From: Nitrospirota bacterium
Lineage (GTDB): Bacteria; Nitrospirota; UBA9217
Assembly (NCBI GenBank): GCA_963751455.1
Contig: CAVVUN010000003.1
Span: forward strand, 224,001 to 288,000
DNA: 64,000 nucleotides
Direction: 5' to 3'
Part shown: one piece after another, positions 41,115 to 51,119 of the stretch
Layout: each line of letters begins with the position of its first letter
How positions within the stretch are numbered: the stretch's first letter is position 1
Translations under genes and position numbers: made by a program
Notes under the pieces: generated by a model
Told to the model about the DNA's origin: nothing
Database searches by the model: none
What the model saw: the letters and a program-made list of their open reading frames with translations, nothing else

Positions 41115-41408
41115 AAACATCTTGAGGTCCCCTATGAAGGCTCTCCGTCAAGCATTCGATAAATCCGTTTCGAGTTTTTAGTTATGAGTTTAAATCGAAA
41201 CAACCTATGTTGAAGCAGTCCCAACCTCTCCGGAAGCCGGCCATTCTTAATGCGCGCCTGTTCGGTGCAACTTTTAGAAACTTCTAATCCCTATACCCCA
41301 TAAATACCCCGCACAGGGTATTGCCAGCAACTCACAATTTCCCTATATTGATACCAGCAAAAATTAGTTTTAACAAAATTAAATAGTCAATAGCGAAAGA
41401 GGTGCAGC

Positions 41409-41957
41409 ATGCTTAAAAGCGGATGCTTTTGCGAGCCCGAGCAAATAATGGAGAAGAATGATTGCGGACAGAAAGCAATAATTATCAGCGATGACAGGTT
41501 CCTCATGAAGCTTCTGCGATATGCTCTGAGCTCCTCCGAGATTGAAGCAAGGTGCTTCAGCAAGTGGAGCCCCCTCCGGCAGGAGCCGGAGGCTCCCTTG
41601 AACAACGCGACCTCCCGGGACTGCGCACTCGCGCTTACGCGACTCGCAAGTGCGAGTAAGCGCTTTCCACCCCCGGCGGAGCCGGGGGATGCCAAGTCGC
41701 GGGATAGAATGAACCACTGTCTTCCGACGATCGGGGAATTCGATACGATTATCGTCGATTACGACACCGATGGCCTCTCCAGTCCTGAATTTATACAAAG
41801 GCTTCGCGCGCTGTATCCCCGCGCCATAATCATAGTGGTGAGCCAATGGGACGTTGGAATAGCCAGCCTTCGCGCCGGCGCGAACGACTTTCTCCGGAAA
41901 CCGTTCGTACCCTACAGGCTCGCGATGATGATACACGGCGGGGATATTCTGTCCTGA
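41409..41957 (+). CDS. Receiver-domain protein with in-frame palindromic insertion
   Basis: AIIISDD...FDTIIVD...GANDFLRKPF with ~44 extra residues between beta2 and beta3. Confidence 0.75.
   Translation: MLKSGCFCEPEQIMEKNDCGQKAIIISDDRFLMKLLRYALSSSEIEARCFSKWSPLRQEPEAPLNNATSRDCALALTRLASASKRFPPPAEPGDAKSRDRMNHCLPTIGEFDTIIVDYDTDGLSSPEFIQRLRALYPRAIIIVVSQWDVGIASLRAGANDFLRKPFVPYRLAMMIHGGDILS
41561..41697. mobile_element. 132-bp palindromic insertion (MITE/PATE-like)
   Basis: Hairpins CTCCGGC-AGGA-GCCGGAG and CCCCCGGC-GGA-GCCGGGGG; CAAGT direct repeats at 41561 and 41693. Confidence 0.7.
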
Positions 41958-42037
41958 AGCGCACGCCATGTTCGATCGAAAGGCGTGGAATCCCGGAGCG
42001 CGGACAGGGGTTCCTCTTGCAATACGCGGGGTTAAAC

Positions 42038-42772
42038 ATGCATCAGAACACAAGATCAATTCTCATTGTCGACAGCAGCTCGGCTTCTATTTTCTATGCA
42101 TCAACGCTGCTCAGAAAACTACGGTATGCCGTCCGTAGCGTGCGAAACGCTGAAGATGCGCTCAATGCGATAGCGGACTCAACGCCGGCGCTTGTGATAA
42201 CGGACGTTGTTCTCCCCAAGATGAGTGGGATTGTTTTTCTGAAAAAGATCAAAAACAACGCCGGCCTCCGGTTCCTTCCGGTAATAATCCATACCTCTGA
42301 TGAAAAGGCCGGCCTGAGGGAAGATTGCATACACGCGGGCTGTGCCGCTTATTTCCTGAAACCCGTGGCCCCCGAGACCATCTACCCCGCAATTCAGTCC
42401 GCCATAGAATCTACACCCAGGGAAAATATCCGGATCAATGCCGCACTAAAAGTCCAAATCGGTCCGGAAGCTGCTGACCCGCGGTTCAGGATCGAAAACG
42501 TGTTAAACATTTCCGAAGGCGGCGTCTACGTGAAGACATCCGCGCCCGAACCGGTCAAGGCGCTTGTTTCGCTTTCGCTTTTCATGGGCAAGCATACGAT
42601 CAATGCTACTGCACTCGTCGTGCACAGTTCGTCCAAGGCAGACGGGGTTCACTCAGTACCCGGGATGGCGATGCAATTTACAAAAATAAGCGCAGGAGAC
42701 GTCAATCTGATCCGGGAATTTGTAAGGACCGAGGTGATGCGGGGCCCTTGTAGCCTCTTAAAAAGTCATTGA
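42038..42772 (+). CDS. REC-PilZ protein
   Basis: ILIVDS..LVITDVVLP..KPV; PRENIR, NISEGG PilZ motifs. Confidence 0.85.
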   Translation: MHQNTRSILIVDSSSASIFYASTLLRKLRYAVRSVRNAEDALNAIADSTPALVITDVVLPKMSGIVFLKKIKNNAGLRFLPVIIHTSDEKAGLREDCIHAGCAAYFLKPVAPETIYPAIQSAIESTPRENIRINAALKVQIGPEAADPRFRIENVLNISEGGVYVKTSAPEPVKALVSLSLFMGKHTINATALVVHSSSKADGVHSVPGMAMQFTKISAGDVNLIREFVRTEVMRGPCSLLKSH

Positions 42773-42921
42773 TTCGGAAGTCAAACGTCTATTTCCCTTT
42801 CTCCGCATCGGGTCTTCGAACAGCATCCTGCCCACCTCTTATCTCGTTTCCCGCTATTGCGGGAGGAATGCCGCATTTCTCCGGATACGGATGTCGCTCA
42901 CCTCAAGATCAAACCTTTGAA

Positions 42922-43078
42922 CCTAAAAAGAGCGATTGGGACGCAGATAAGATCGGATAAACGCGGATAAAAACTGGATAAAAAAATACTTCTGAAACTG
43001 AAAAAAGCTCACCCTTGTGGTGAAGCTACTTTACACCTGAATGTCCGGTTTTATCTGCGTCCAACTGCCGTTTTCAGG
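42922..43078. mobile_element. 157-bp MITE with IS1380-type ends
   Basis: CCTAAAAAGAGCGATTGG ... CCAACTGCCGTTTTCAGG; 5-bp TSD TTGAA (42917-42921, 43079-43083). Confidence 0.8.
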
Positions 43079-43283
43079 TTGAACGAAGCAGGTTCTTTTT
43101 ATCGACACCAGCCGATGTGATTCGAAAGTTAAATCAAACAACAGCGATATCGTTTTCCGGGGAGCATGAGAAAACCGCACGATTTGACAACCCGGACGAC
43201 GATGCTATATTTTGTTTATCCTCTAATAGTGAGAGTAGAAAAACATACAAAAAAGCTAAGTACTACGGTGAAAGGAGAACATC

Positions 43284-43805
43284 ATGAAAAAGGTCTCTAC
43301 TTTTTTTTCTGCGCTCCTTGCAGCTGCTGCGCTATTGCTTGCAGTAGCGATAATCGCGGCGGCAGCAGATAGGCCCGCAGTTACCGGCGACATTAACAAA
43401 TTGAACGCCGAAATTTCACAGATCAACAAAGATGCAAAGGTGCCTCAAGGTGAACGTATCGTAGCAAAAAAAATAGCGGATGATTTTAATGTAAGCATCG
43501 ACAGGATCAACGTATTGCTCGGCGGCATGATGCAGTACGGTGATGCGGCTGCGGTCCTCGCGTTTGCAGAGAAATTGCCGGGCGGCATCAGTAATCAGAA
43601 TGTGAACAAGGTCATGGACATGAGAAGCAAGGCAGCATGGGACAAGGTCGCACAGAACCTTCGCATCGATCCAGGGAGCGTTGCCGGCAGATTAAGCAGC
43701 GTCGAGGACGGAATTCAGACCGCTCTCGCTGAATCATATGACCGGGGCCGCGCTGCGGGAGGAGTCGACCAGTCGAGCGAAGAGCCAGGGAGCCAAAAAT
43801 ATTAA
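43284..43805 (+). CDS. Secreted hypothetical protein
   Basis: SD AAGGAG; Ala/Leu-rich signal peptide. Confidence 0.7.
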   Translation: MKKVSTFFSALLAAAALLLAVAIIAAAADRPAVTGDINKLNAEISQINKDAKVPQGERIVAKKIADDFNVSIDRINVLLGGMMQYGDAAAVLAFAEKLPGGISNQNVNKVMDMRSKAAWDKVAQNLRIDPGSVAGRLSSVEDGIQTALAESYDRGRAAGGVDQSSEEPGSQKY

Positions 43806-43869
43806 GAGCCCGCATGAGCAGCCGGAGCCAATCGGCTGCTTTTTTACTGCCCTGAGGGGAGGCATTCAA

Positions 43870-44316
43870 ATGACTCTACTTAGGAAAGCACGCCTTGCCC
43901 TTATTTCGCTTGTATTCCTTACCCTCCTTTTTCACCCCGTTGCCTTCTCCGGCGATTACGACGGGCTCACCGTAAGTCCGGTGAAGAAAACGACAACCAC
44001 CTCGAACGGCCGGAAAATAGTCTATCCCAGGACCGATTCAGCCGAAGTCACGGTGGCCATTGTGGATATTCCGCCCGGCGAGGAGACCGGCTGGCACCAG
44101 CATCAGATCCCGGTCTATGCGTATGTACTTGCCGGTGACCTAATTGTCGAAATTGAAGGTGGAAAGCAAAATTTCTTCAGAGAAGGAGATGCCATCATCG
44201 AGGTCGTAAACACACCCCATAACGGCAGAAACGCGGGCAAAGTTCCGGTGAAGCTTGTTGTGTTTTATACAGGAATTGAAGGAAGACCGAATACCATCAA
44301 GGTGCAGCATAAATAA
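43870..44316 (+). CDS. Secreted cupin-domain protein
   Basis: IPPG.ETGWHQH....YVLAG.L....F.EGDAIIE.....HNGRN. Confidence 0.88.
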   Translation: MTLLRKARLALISLVFLTLLFHPVAFSGDYDGLTVSPVKKTTTTSNGRKIVYPRTDSAEVTVAIVDIPPGEETGWHQHQIPVYAYVLAGDLIVEIEGGKQNFFREGDAIIEVVNTPHNGRNAGKVPVKLVVFYTGIEGRPNTIKVQHK

Positions 44317-44437
44317 GAGCGTGCTCCACGGCCTGGCACGGATACTTTCCCGCGTTTCATACCTCTTTGGTCCAATTTTATTTTCGTTTACATCGCGCTA
44401 TTGTCATAAAAAAGCTGAAGAGACGACGGAGAAAAAC

Positions 44438-44842
44438 ATGACCGGGAACCATTTTTTTCTGAAACTGTTTTTAGTAATCGCTATGGGCTCTTTTTTCGCG
44501 GGCACAAGCTATCCCGAGCAGCAGACGAAACAAGGAGGTTCACCCATGAATACCTACGTGATCTTTTTTAATTTTACTCAGCAGGGCATGCAGAATATCA
44601 AGGATAGTCCTAAACGTGTGCAGGACGCAAAAGAAGTTGTTAAATCGATGGGCGGCGAGTTTAAGGAGTTCTACGCGCTGCTTGGCAGCAAATATGACAC
44701 GATGTTCATCGTGCAGGCGGCAAACGATGAAGCCATTGCGAGGATGGTTCTCGCCATTGCAAAGAAGGGCAGCGTAACTACAGACAGTCACCGGCTGTTT
44801 ACAGAGGCAGAATACAGTAAAGTGATCAGTTCATTACCGTGA
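44438..44842 (+). CDS. GYD-domain protein
   Basis: YV....FTQQG...IKDSPKR...MGG....Y..LG.KYD; alternative start 44546 with AGGAGG. Confidence 0.85.
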   Translation: MTGNHFFLKLFLVIAMGSFFAGTSYPEQQTKQGGSPMNTYVIFFNFTQQGMQNIKDSPKRVQDAKEVVKSMGGEFKEFYALLGSKYDTMFIVQAANDEAIARMVLAIAKKGSVTTDSHRLFTEAEYSKVISSLP

Positions 44843-45272
44843 ACAGGATGTACGTTTCCTTACGGCTCATCTCAATCGAGGGAACGGTCTTTTTTTCTTT
44901 CCCTCGCTGCTGTCCTCGCCTTCTCGTATAAGGATATAATCACGTCTATTTCCATAATATTTCCTTTTCTCTGCTACTCATCTGATGCTACCTCTCGGTA
45001 AGAAAGTATGCCGACGCAATTTCGGCCTTATTTTCCTCGTCCCTTTTTGCAAAAATGTGATACTATTTGCTGAGTGCCTGGGTCGCTCATTTATTGGTCT
45101 TTAATACAAGCATAATGACCTGTAACAAATATTTCTCTTTGCCCCTCTTGCTTTTTTGGTTAATGTATACTATTGTAACTTTTAGCAATATGCTGGTCAG
45201 GCCGCCCCGGCTTCCCGACCGGCTTAAAGCGTGAATATCATAGACGTGACCCCTGCGGCCCGCAAGTGTTCT

Positions 45273-46601
45273 ATGAAGCTCTTCAATTTGATCATATCCT
45301 TGATAATCGTCGTCGCATCGGTTTTCCTGTGCGGGCGGTATATTTCCCATTCTTTCTCCAACCAGAAGGACAAGGCCGACCATGCAGTGCTGAATCATGC
45401 CAAATACGGCCTGTTCAGCGTCGAGGAATGGAAAAAACAGCTCTCCGCGATCGCTGCCGGGGAGATCAGCATGCTGAACCTGAATAAATCGGCCGAGCGG
45501 GAAGTTCGGAAGCGTCTTGAGGGTCTCCTCGTCATTTTTATCGACAAGGTTTACGAGCGGATCACGGAAGCAAACTCAAAAACCGCGGGGGGCCGGTTCA
45601 AGCAAACCTTCATCAATATGTTCGTCAATCTGGATGAGGTCAAGAAGGGCGTCCCGGGATATGCTAAAGCCATCATGCATGAGTTGACGCAAGCGAAGAC
45701 GAAAAAGCAGGTCAAGGCCGTGCTGCACGAGCAGCTTGAACGCTATATCGAGGAAACGTTTGATGTAGAAGAAGACTTGCGGATCGGCGCCATTCTCGAG
45801 AGGACCGGGTCTCCGGATGTCGAGAGCGCGGGCGCCAGGCTCTACAAGGACATCTCTGCACGGCGGGTCCTGATCAGGAATGAGGCTGTCCTGCTGGTAA
45901 TTCTGCCGATCGTCCTGTTCTCATGGATTGCTCTGAACAGACGCACGGTGACCGTTACCCAGTATGTCCTCCTCATCCTGTCCCTTCTCATTCTGCTCAC
46001 CGCCGGCGTGACCACACCCATGATCGACATGGAAGCAAAGATCTCGCGGATGGGCTTTGTGCTGCTGGGGCACCCCATCCAATTCCAGAACCAGGTGCTG
46101 TTTTTTCAGAGCAAAAGCATACTGGATGTGTTCTGGATCCTGATCACGGACAAGGACCTCCAGATGAAATTTGTAGGGGTCCTGCTCATAACTTTCAGCA
46201 TCCTGTTCCCTCTGTTGAAACTGGCTTCGCTGCCTGCCTATTATTACGATTACCGGGGTGCGCGAAAGAGCCGGGTGATCGAGTTCTTTGCCGTGAAGTC
46301 CGGGAAGTGGTCCATGGCCGATGTGATGGTGCTCGCCATATTCATGGCCTATATCGGGTTCAACGGGGTCATAACCAGCCAGTTCAGCCAATTGAGCGCG
46401 GCAAGCCAGGGACTGGAGCTGATGACCACGAACGGCACGTCTCTTCAGCCCGGGTATTACCTCTTCGTGACGTATATCCTCCTGGCGATGATCTTTTCAG
46501 GGGTGCTGACAGGAGAGGCTCGGGAGCGAGCCGCGCAGGGATCGCACGATCATCTTGAGGTCACCCATGGGCGCCATCAATCGAAAACAGCTATCTTGTG
46601 A
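45273..46601 (+). CDS. Paraquat-inducible protein A (PqiA) family membrane protein
   Basis: FQSKSI, FSILFP..K, GKWSMADV.V.AIF, LQPGYY.F. Confidence 0.8.
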   Translation: MKLFNLIISLIIVVASVFLCGRYISHSFSNQKDKADHAVLNHAKYGLFSVEEWKKQLSAIAAGEISMLNLNKSAEREVRKRLEGLLVIFIDKVYERITEANSKTAGGRFKQTFINMFVNLDEVKKGVPGYAKAIMHELTQAKTKKQVKAVLHEQLERYIEETFDVEEDLRIGAILERTGSPDVESAGARLYKDISARRVLIRNEAVLLVILPIVLFSWIALNRRTVTVTQYVLLILSLLILLTAGVTTPMIDMEAKISRMGFVLLGHPIQFQNQVLFFQSKSILDVFWILITDKDLQMKFVGVLLITFSILFPLLKLASLPAYYYDYRGARKSRVIEFFAVKSGKWSMADVMVLAIFMAYIGFNGVITSQFSQLSAASQGLELMTTNGTSLQPGYYLFVTYILLAMIFSGVLTGEARERAAQGSHDHLEVTHGRHQSKTAIL

Positions 46602-47097
46602 CGAGAAACGGAACGTTTTTCGTCGAGCTTCTCAGTTATCCTCATCAGTACCATTGCCGCAGTTTCATTACTTTTCGATGTCAGTTCCCTTCAACAAGCT
46701 CAGGAAAGCCTTCACTGCACCTGTCACCGAGGAGTAAGACCACGGTGAATCGTTATCGCTGGTCCTTTCCGTCTTCGGCGGACCAGAAATCTTCGGTTCC
46801 ATGCCGTGTCAAAATATTTGTATAAGTCTTATGGTTGATATCCAGTCCTAGGATAGCTCGCGTATAATCCGACCCTAAACAGTGCGACGCTTATCAGTTT
46901 TTCTCTTCAATTAAGTTTTAAAACCAGGCAATAACGAAGTTTATTAATACTTTTGGTTGATTGCCTTTTTCCTCAAATTCGTGCTACATTCATATTATAA
47001 TATGCATCCTTTCGCTTTATCTATTTCGCCCCTGGCTCGTCACCCCGCTAGGGCCTAATAAATTACCTTTTCAATAACACCGTTTATTGGGGGCTTT

Positions 47098-50000
47098 ATG
47101 TCTACTTCTTTCAACAGAAATCTCGTATTAGTAGTGGTTATGCTTTCAGCCGCGTCAGCGCTAATGAGCTGCAGCGGTAACAAAGATAGCGGTCGAGCAA
47201 CATCAGAAACAACCGAAAGTGAATCAAAGGTAATAGCACCCGATGGGCTTAATACATCCAAGCTCATTATCAGCTCGCCAGGTTCCGAACAAATAACACC
47301 ATCAGAATCCGGAAGCTTTACCTCTTCAAGAAATGGAGTATCTGGTTTTAGCACCGCGATTGCCACAGATGTCACAGGAAGTATCGTCATGTTTTCAGCT
47401 GTTACAAATTCAATCATCCCACTCGACGTATATTCGACTGCGGCAACTATTGTGGTTAGTTGTCTTAACAGCTTTGGATTTCAGGGAGAATCATACGAGG
47501 AGCAGATGCCGATACTCCGGACGATTCCCGAGGTTCGGGCGCTAGGTGATTATATCAACAATAATGTAAAATCGATGAGTGAAAAACTATATTCAATCGA
47601 TAATGAAAAATTTATGGCCCTTGTATCTACTGCTGTTACCGCAGCGATACACACCATGCAATACCCCACCAGTTCTGATCAATTTTTATTGCCAGACTGG
47701 GCACAGCCCTCGGTTCCCGTAAATAACGTTCTCACAAGCCGAGCAGCAAGCAAGTTCCAAAGACCAACCTCGGAGGTAACTGAATATTCATGGTGGCCAG
47801 AAGGTACAGATAGTGAATGGGCAATGCTGACTTTCGATTTTGAGCAGGAGAAGGCAAACTTTTTACAGGTGATGATCCACAATTATTGGTTACGAGATGT
47901 ATATGTGTATCTTGTACCATCCAGAGCATTTAGTGCATCGAACATACACAGCGGTCACTATCTTGGCAGTATAGATCCTGCACCTTCCGCTCTGACTTTG
48001 GACGGGATTAGATCAATGTTCGATGGTGACTTATATTTAAATTCTACAACCTTTGTCGATATTCCGCTCAGTGAATTCGAACTAGATAACGAGGCATTAC
48101 TGGCTTTCGTTGGTCCTGGTACAAAAAATAGAGGGTATTTGAGCTGGGATACGAATCGAGATATATTGTTGCGACTAATGATTAGATCTGTTTTAGTAAG
48201 AGTAATTGCTCCTAGTTTCTCATTAGCTTCTAAATTGCCGGCAAACGAAATTGGTAAAGCGCTCGCCGACGACATTGATCTAGTTGATAAAATATTCGAT
48301 GCCGTTGAGGCAGGTGAAACAGGTAAGAAAGCCATAACTGCTTTTCGAGAAGGCAGATACGTTGATGGGTTCTTCAATCTCGTCTCAATTGCAAATAGCT
48401 TTGTTTTTAACGACCCGGGCGATGGTCGAACGAATAGGGCATTAAGGATTTATAGACAGCTGCAGGGAATATCAATTGTCGGCGCGAGGTCCTCTGCAGA
48501 AAATTATATGCTGAACCTTTGCAGTCGTTTAGCCCTGATCGACGGCTTTAATTCTTCATGGAATCTTGTAGGATTTGGTACGACGATTAATAGAGCATCG
48601 GAGTTGGCAATTTATTCGATAACCCGCAAACCTTTAGTCTGCGATACCCCGTCGACCATTACGGTTCCAAGGACTTCGCTTACCGGTAACTATACAGTCA
48701 GCTGGAGCGGTTCGGATACTACTGGAGTAATCTACAAACTGGAAGAATCATCAACTTCGGATTTCTTAAGTTCATCCGAAGTTTACAGCAGCACAGCAAC
48801 CAGTGCGATCATTTTAGGTAAAAAGGAAGGAATTTTCTTTTACAGAGTTAAAGCAACAAAAAACGGTTATGTTAACAGCGAGTGGCGAAAGGGCGATAAT
48901 GGGTGTACTGTAGCTATTGGTACCACCTGGTATCGTGATTCAGACGGCGATGGTTACGGTAATCCCAGCATCGGCGTGTCCTCTGCCACAAAGCCATCTG
49001 GATACGTTGCTGACAACACGGATTGTAACGATGCTTCCTCTAGTATTCATCCCGGCGCTACTGACGTCTGCGAGAATACTGTTGACGAAGACTGCAGCGG
49101 AAGTGCTGCTGTCTGTCCTACCACCTGGTATCGTGATTCTGACGGCGATGGTTACGGTAATCCCAGCATCGGCGTGTCCTCTGCCACGAAACCATCTGGC
49201 TACGTTGCTGACAACACGGATTGTAACGATGCTTCCTCTAGTATTCATCCCGGCGCTACTGACGTCTGCGAGAATACCGTTGACGAAGACTGCAGCGGAA
49301 GTGCTGCTATCTGTCCTACCACCTGGTATCGTGATTCTGACGGCGATGGTTACGGTAATCCCAGCATCGGCGTGTCATCTGCCACGAAGCCATCCGGCTA
49401 CGTAGCTGACAAAAGCGACTGTGACGATTCCTCCTCTAATATCCACACGGGTGCCACTGACAGTTGTGATAACAATGTGGATGAGGACTGCAGCGGAAGC
49501 GCGGCGACATGTCCTACTACTGAATGGTATCGTGATGCAGACGGCGATAGTTACGGCAATCCAAACATCGGCGTGTCCTCTGCCACGAAACCATCTGGCT
49601 ACGTTGCTGACAACACGGATTGTAACGATGCTTCCTCTAGTATTCATCCCGGCGCTACTGACGTCTGCGAGAATACCGTTGACGAAGACTGCAGCGGAAG
49701 TGCTGCTGTCTGTCCTACCACCTGGTATCGTGATTCTGACGGCGATGGTTACGGTAATCCCAGCATCGGCGTGTCCTCTGCCACAAAGCCATCTGGCTAT
49801 GTTGCTGACAACACGGATTGTAACGATGCTTCCTCTAGTATTCATCCCGGCGCTACTGACGTCTGCGAGAATACTGTTGACGAAGACTGCAGCGGAAGTG
49901 CTGCTGTCTGTCCTACCACCTGGTATCGTGATTCTGACGGCGATGGTTACGGTAATCCCAGCATCGGCGTGTCCTCTGCCACAAAGCCATCTGGCTATGT

Positions 50001-51051
50001 TGCTGACAACACGGATTGTAACGATGCTTCCTCTAGTATTCATCCCGGCGCTACTGACGTCTGCGAGAATACTGTTGACGAAGACTGCAGCGGAAGTGCT
50101 GCTGTCTGTCCTACCACCTGGTATCGTGATTCTGACGGCGATGGTTACGGTAATCCAAACATCGGCATGTCCTCTGCCACGAAACCATCTGGTTACGTAG
50201 CCGACAATACCGACTGTGACGACGTGTTCTCTAATATTCATCCCGGTGCTAATGATGTCTGTGACGATGGATTGGATGCCGACTGCAGCGGAAGCGACAC
50301 TATCTGTCCTAAAACTTGGTATCGTGATGCAGACGGCGACAGCTATGGCGATCCCAGCATCAGTAAGTCCTCCGTCGCCAAGCCATCTGGTTATGTATCT
50401 GACAAGACCGACTGTAACGATTCCTCCTCTAATATCCACCCGGATGCCACTGACAGTTGTGATAACAATGTGGATGAGGACTGCAGCGGAAGCGCGGCGA
50501 CATGTCCTACTACTGAATGGTACCGTGATGCAGACGGCGATGGCTATGGTGATCCTTATATAGGAATGTCCTCAGCCACTAAACCATCTGGTTACGTTGC
50601 CGACAATACCGACTGTGACGACGTGTTCTCTAATATTCATCCCGGTGCCAATGATGTCTGTGGCGATGGATTGGATGCTGACTGCAGCGGAAGCGACGCT
50701 TGTCCGCCTCCTGACGATCATGGCGATACATGCACCTCAGCTACGGCAATCGCTCGAAACCAATGTAATGAATTAGGCAATATCGGGTCACAAGATGATG
50801 ACGATTATTTTAAAGTATCTCTACCGTCGTCGGGAAATTGGACTGTATATACAGAGGGAAGCACAGATACGTACGGAACGATATTTAATTCGAATTGTAC
50901 TTCGTTAAAATCTAATGATGATACCGGAGATGGCTCTAATTTCAAAATCACTTACTCCGTTACATCGGCTGGCTCTTACTACATCCGAGTTCGTGGAAAA
51001 AACGACACTACGGGAGGATATTCCTTATTTTCATCTTTCTCATCTAACTAG
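47098..51051 (+). CDS. Large surface lipoprotein: FN3 + nine MopE-like metal-binding repeats + PPC-like domain
   Basis: Lipobox LMSC; YTVSW..YKLEES..FYRVKA FN3; WYRD.DGDGYG...DC.D...IHPGA...D.DC repeats; DDDYFK..DTYG..NDD.G.G.NF.I PPC. Confidence 0.85.
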   Translation: MSTSFNRNLVLVVVMLSAASALMSCSGNKDSGRATSETTESESKVIAPDGLNTSKLIISSPGSEQITPSESGSFTSSRNGVSGFSTAIATDVTGSIVMFSAVTNSIIPLDVYSTAATIVVSCLNSFGFQGESYEEQMPILRTIPEVRALGDYINNNVKSMSEKLYSIDNEKFMALVSTAVTAAIHTMQYPTSSDQFLLPDWAQPSVPVNNVLTSRAASKFQRPTSEVTEYSWWPEGTDSEWAMLTFDFEQEKANFLQVMIHNYWLRDVYVYLVPSRAFSASNIHSGHYLGSIDPAPSALTLDGIRSMFDGDLYLNSTTFVDIPLSEFELDNEALLAFVGPGTKNRGYLSWDTNRDILLRLMIRSVLVRVIAPSFSLASKLPANEIGKALADDIDLVDKIFDAVEAGETGKKAITAFREGRYVDGFFNLVSIANSFVFNDPGDGRTNRALRIYRQLQGISIVGARSSAENYMLNLCSRLALIDGFNSSWNLVGFGTTINRASELAIYSITRKPLVCDTPSTITVPRTSLTGNYTVSWSGSDTTGVIYKLEESSTSDFLSSSEVYSSTATSAIILGKKEGIFFYRVKATKNGYVNSEWRKGDNGCTVAIGTTWYRDSDGDGYGNPSIGVSSATKPSGYVADNTDCNDASSSIHPGATDVCENTVDEDCSGSAAVCPTTWYRDSDGDGYGNPSIGVSSATKPSGYVADNTDCNDASSSIHPGATDVCENTVDEDCSGSAAICPTTWYRDSDGDGYGNPSIGVSSATKPSGYVADKSDCDDSSSNIHTGATDSCDNNVDEDCSGSAATCPTTEWYRDADGDSYGNPNIGVSSATKPSGYVADNTDCNDASSSIHPGATDVCENTVDEDCSGSAAVCPTTWYRDSDGDGYGNPSIGVSSATKPSGYVADNTDCNDASSSIHPGATDVCENTVDEDCSGSAAVCPTTWYRDSDGDGYGNPSIGVSSATKPSGYVADNTDCNDASSSIHPGATDVCENTVDEDCSGSAAVCPTTWYRDSDGDGYGNPNIGMSSATKPSGYVADNTDCDDVFSNIHPGANDVCDDGLDADCSGSDTICPKTWYRDADGDSYGDPSISKSSVAKPSGYVSDKTDCNDSSSNIHPDATDSCDNNVDEDCSGSAATCPTTEWYRDADGDGYGDPYIGMSSATKPSGYVADNTDCDDVFSNIHPGANDVCGDGLDADCSGSDACPPPDDHGDTCTSATAIARNQCNELGNIGSQDDDDYFKVSLPSSGNWTVYTEGSTDTYGTIFNSNCTSLKSNDDTGDGSNFKITYSVTSAGSYYIRVRGKNDTTGGYSLFSSFSSN
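48928..50700 (+). repeat. Nine intragenic ~198-bp tandem repeats
   Basis: TGGTAYCGTGAT recurs every 198-201 bp; several units near-identical in DNA. Confidence 0.9.
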
Positions 51052-51119
51052 AAACAGTTTTTGCGGAACACATTTGGGGTCACCCAATTTAAATAGCACC
51101 GTCAATGTGAGACAGTTTA

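Noticed and set aside
48917-50563. Long alternative-frame and antisense ORFs
   Set aside because: Shadows of the in-frame 198-bp repeats
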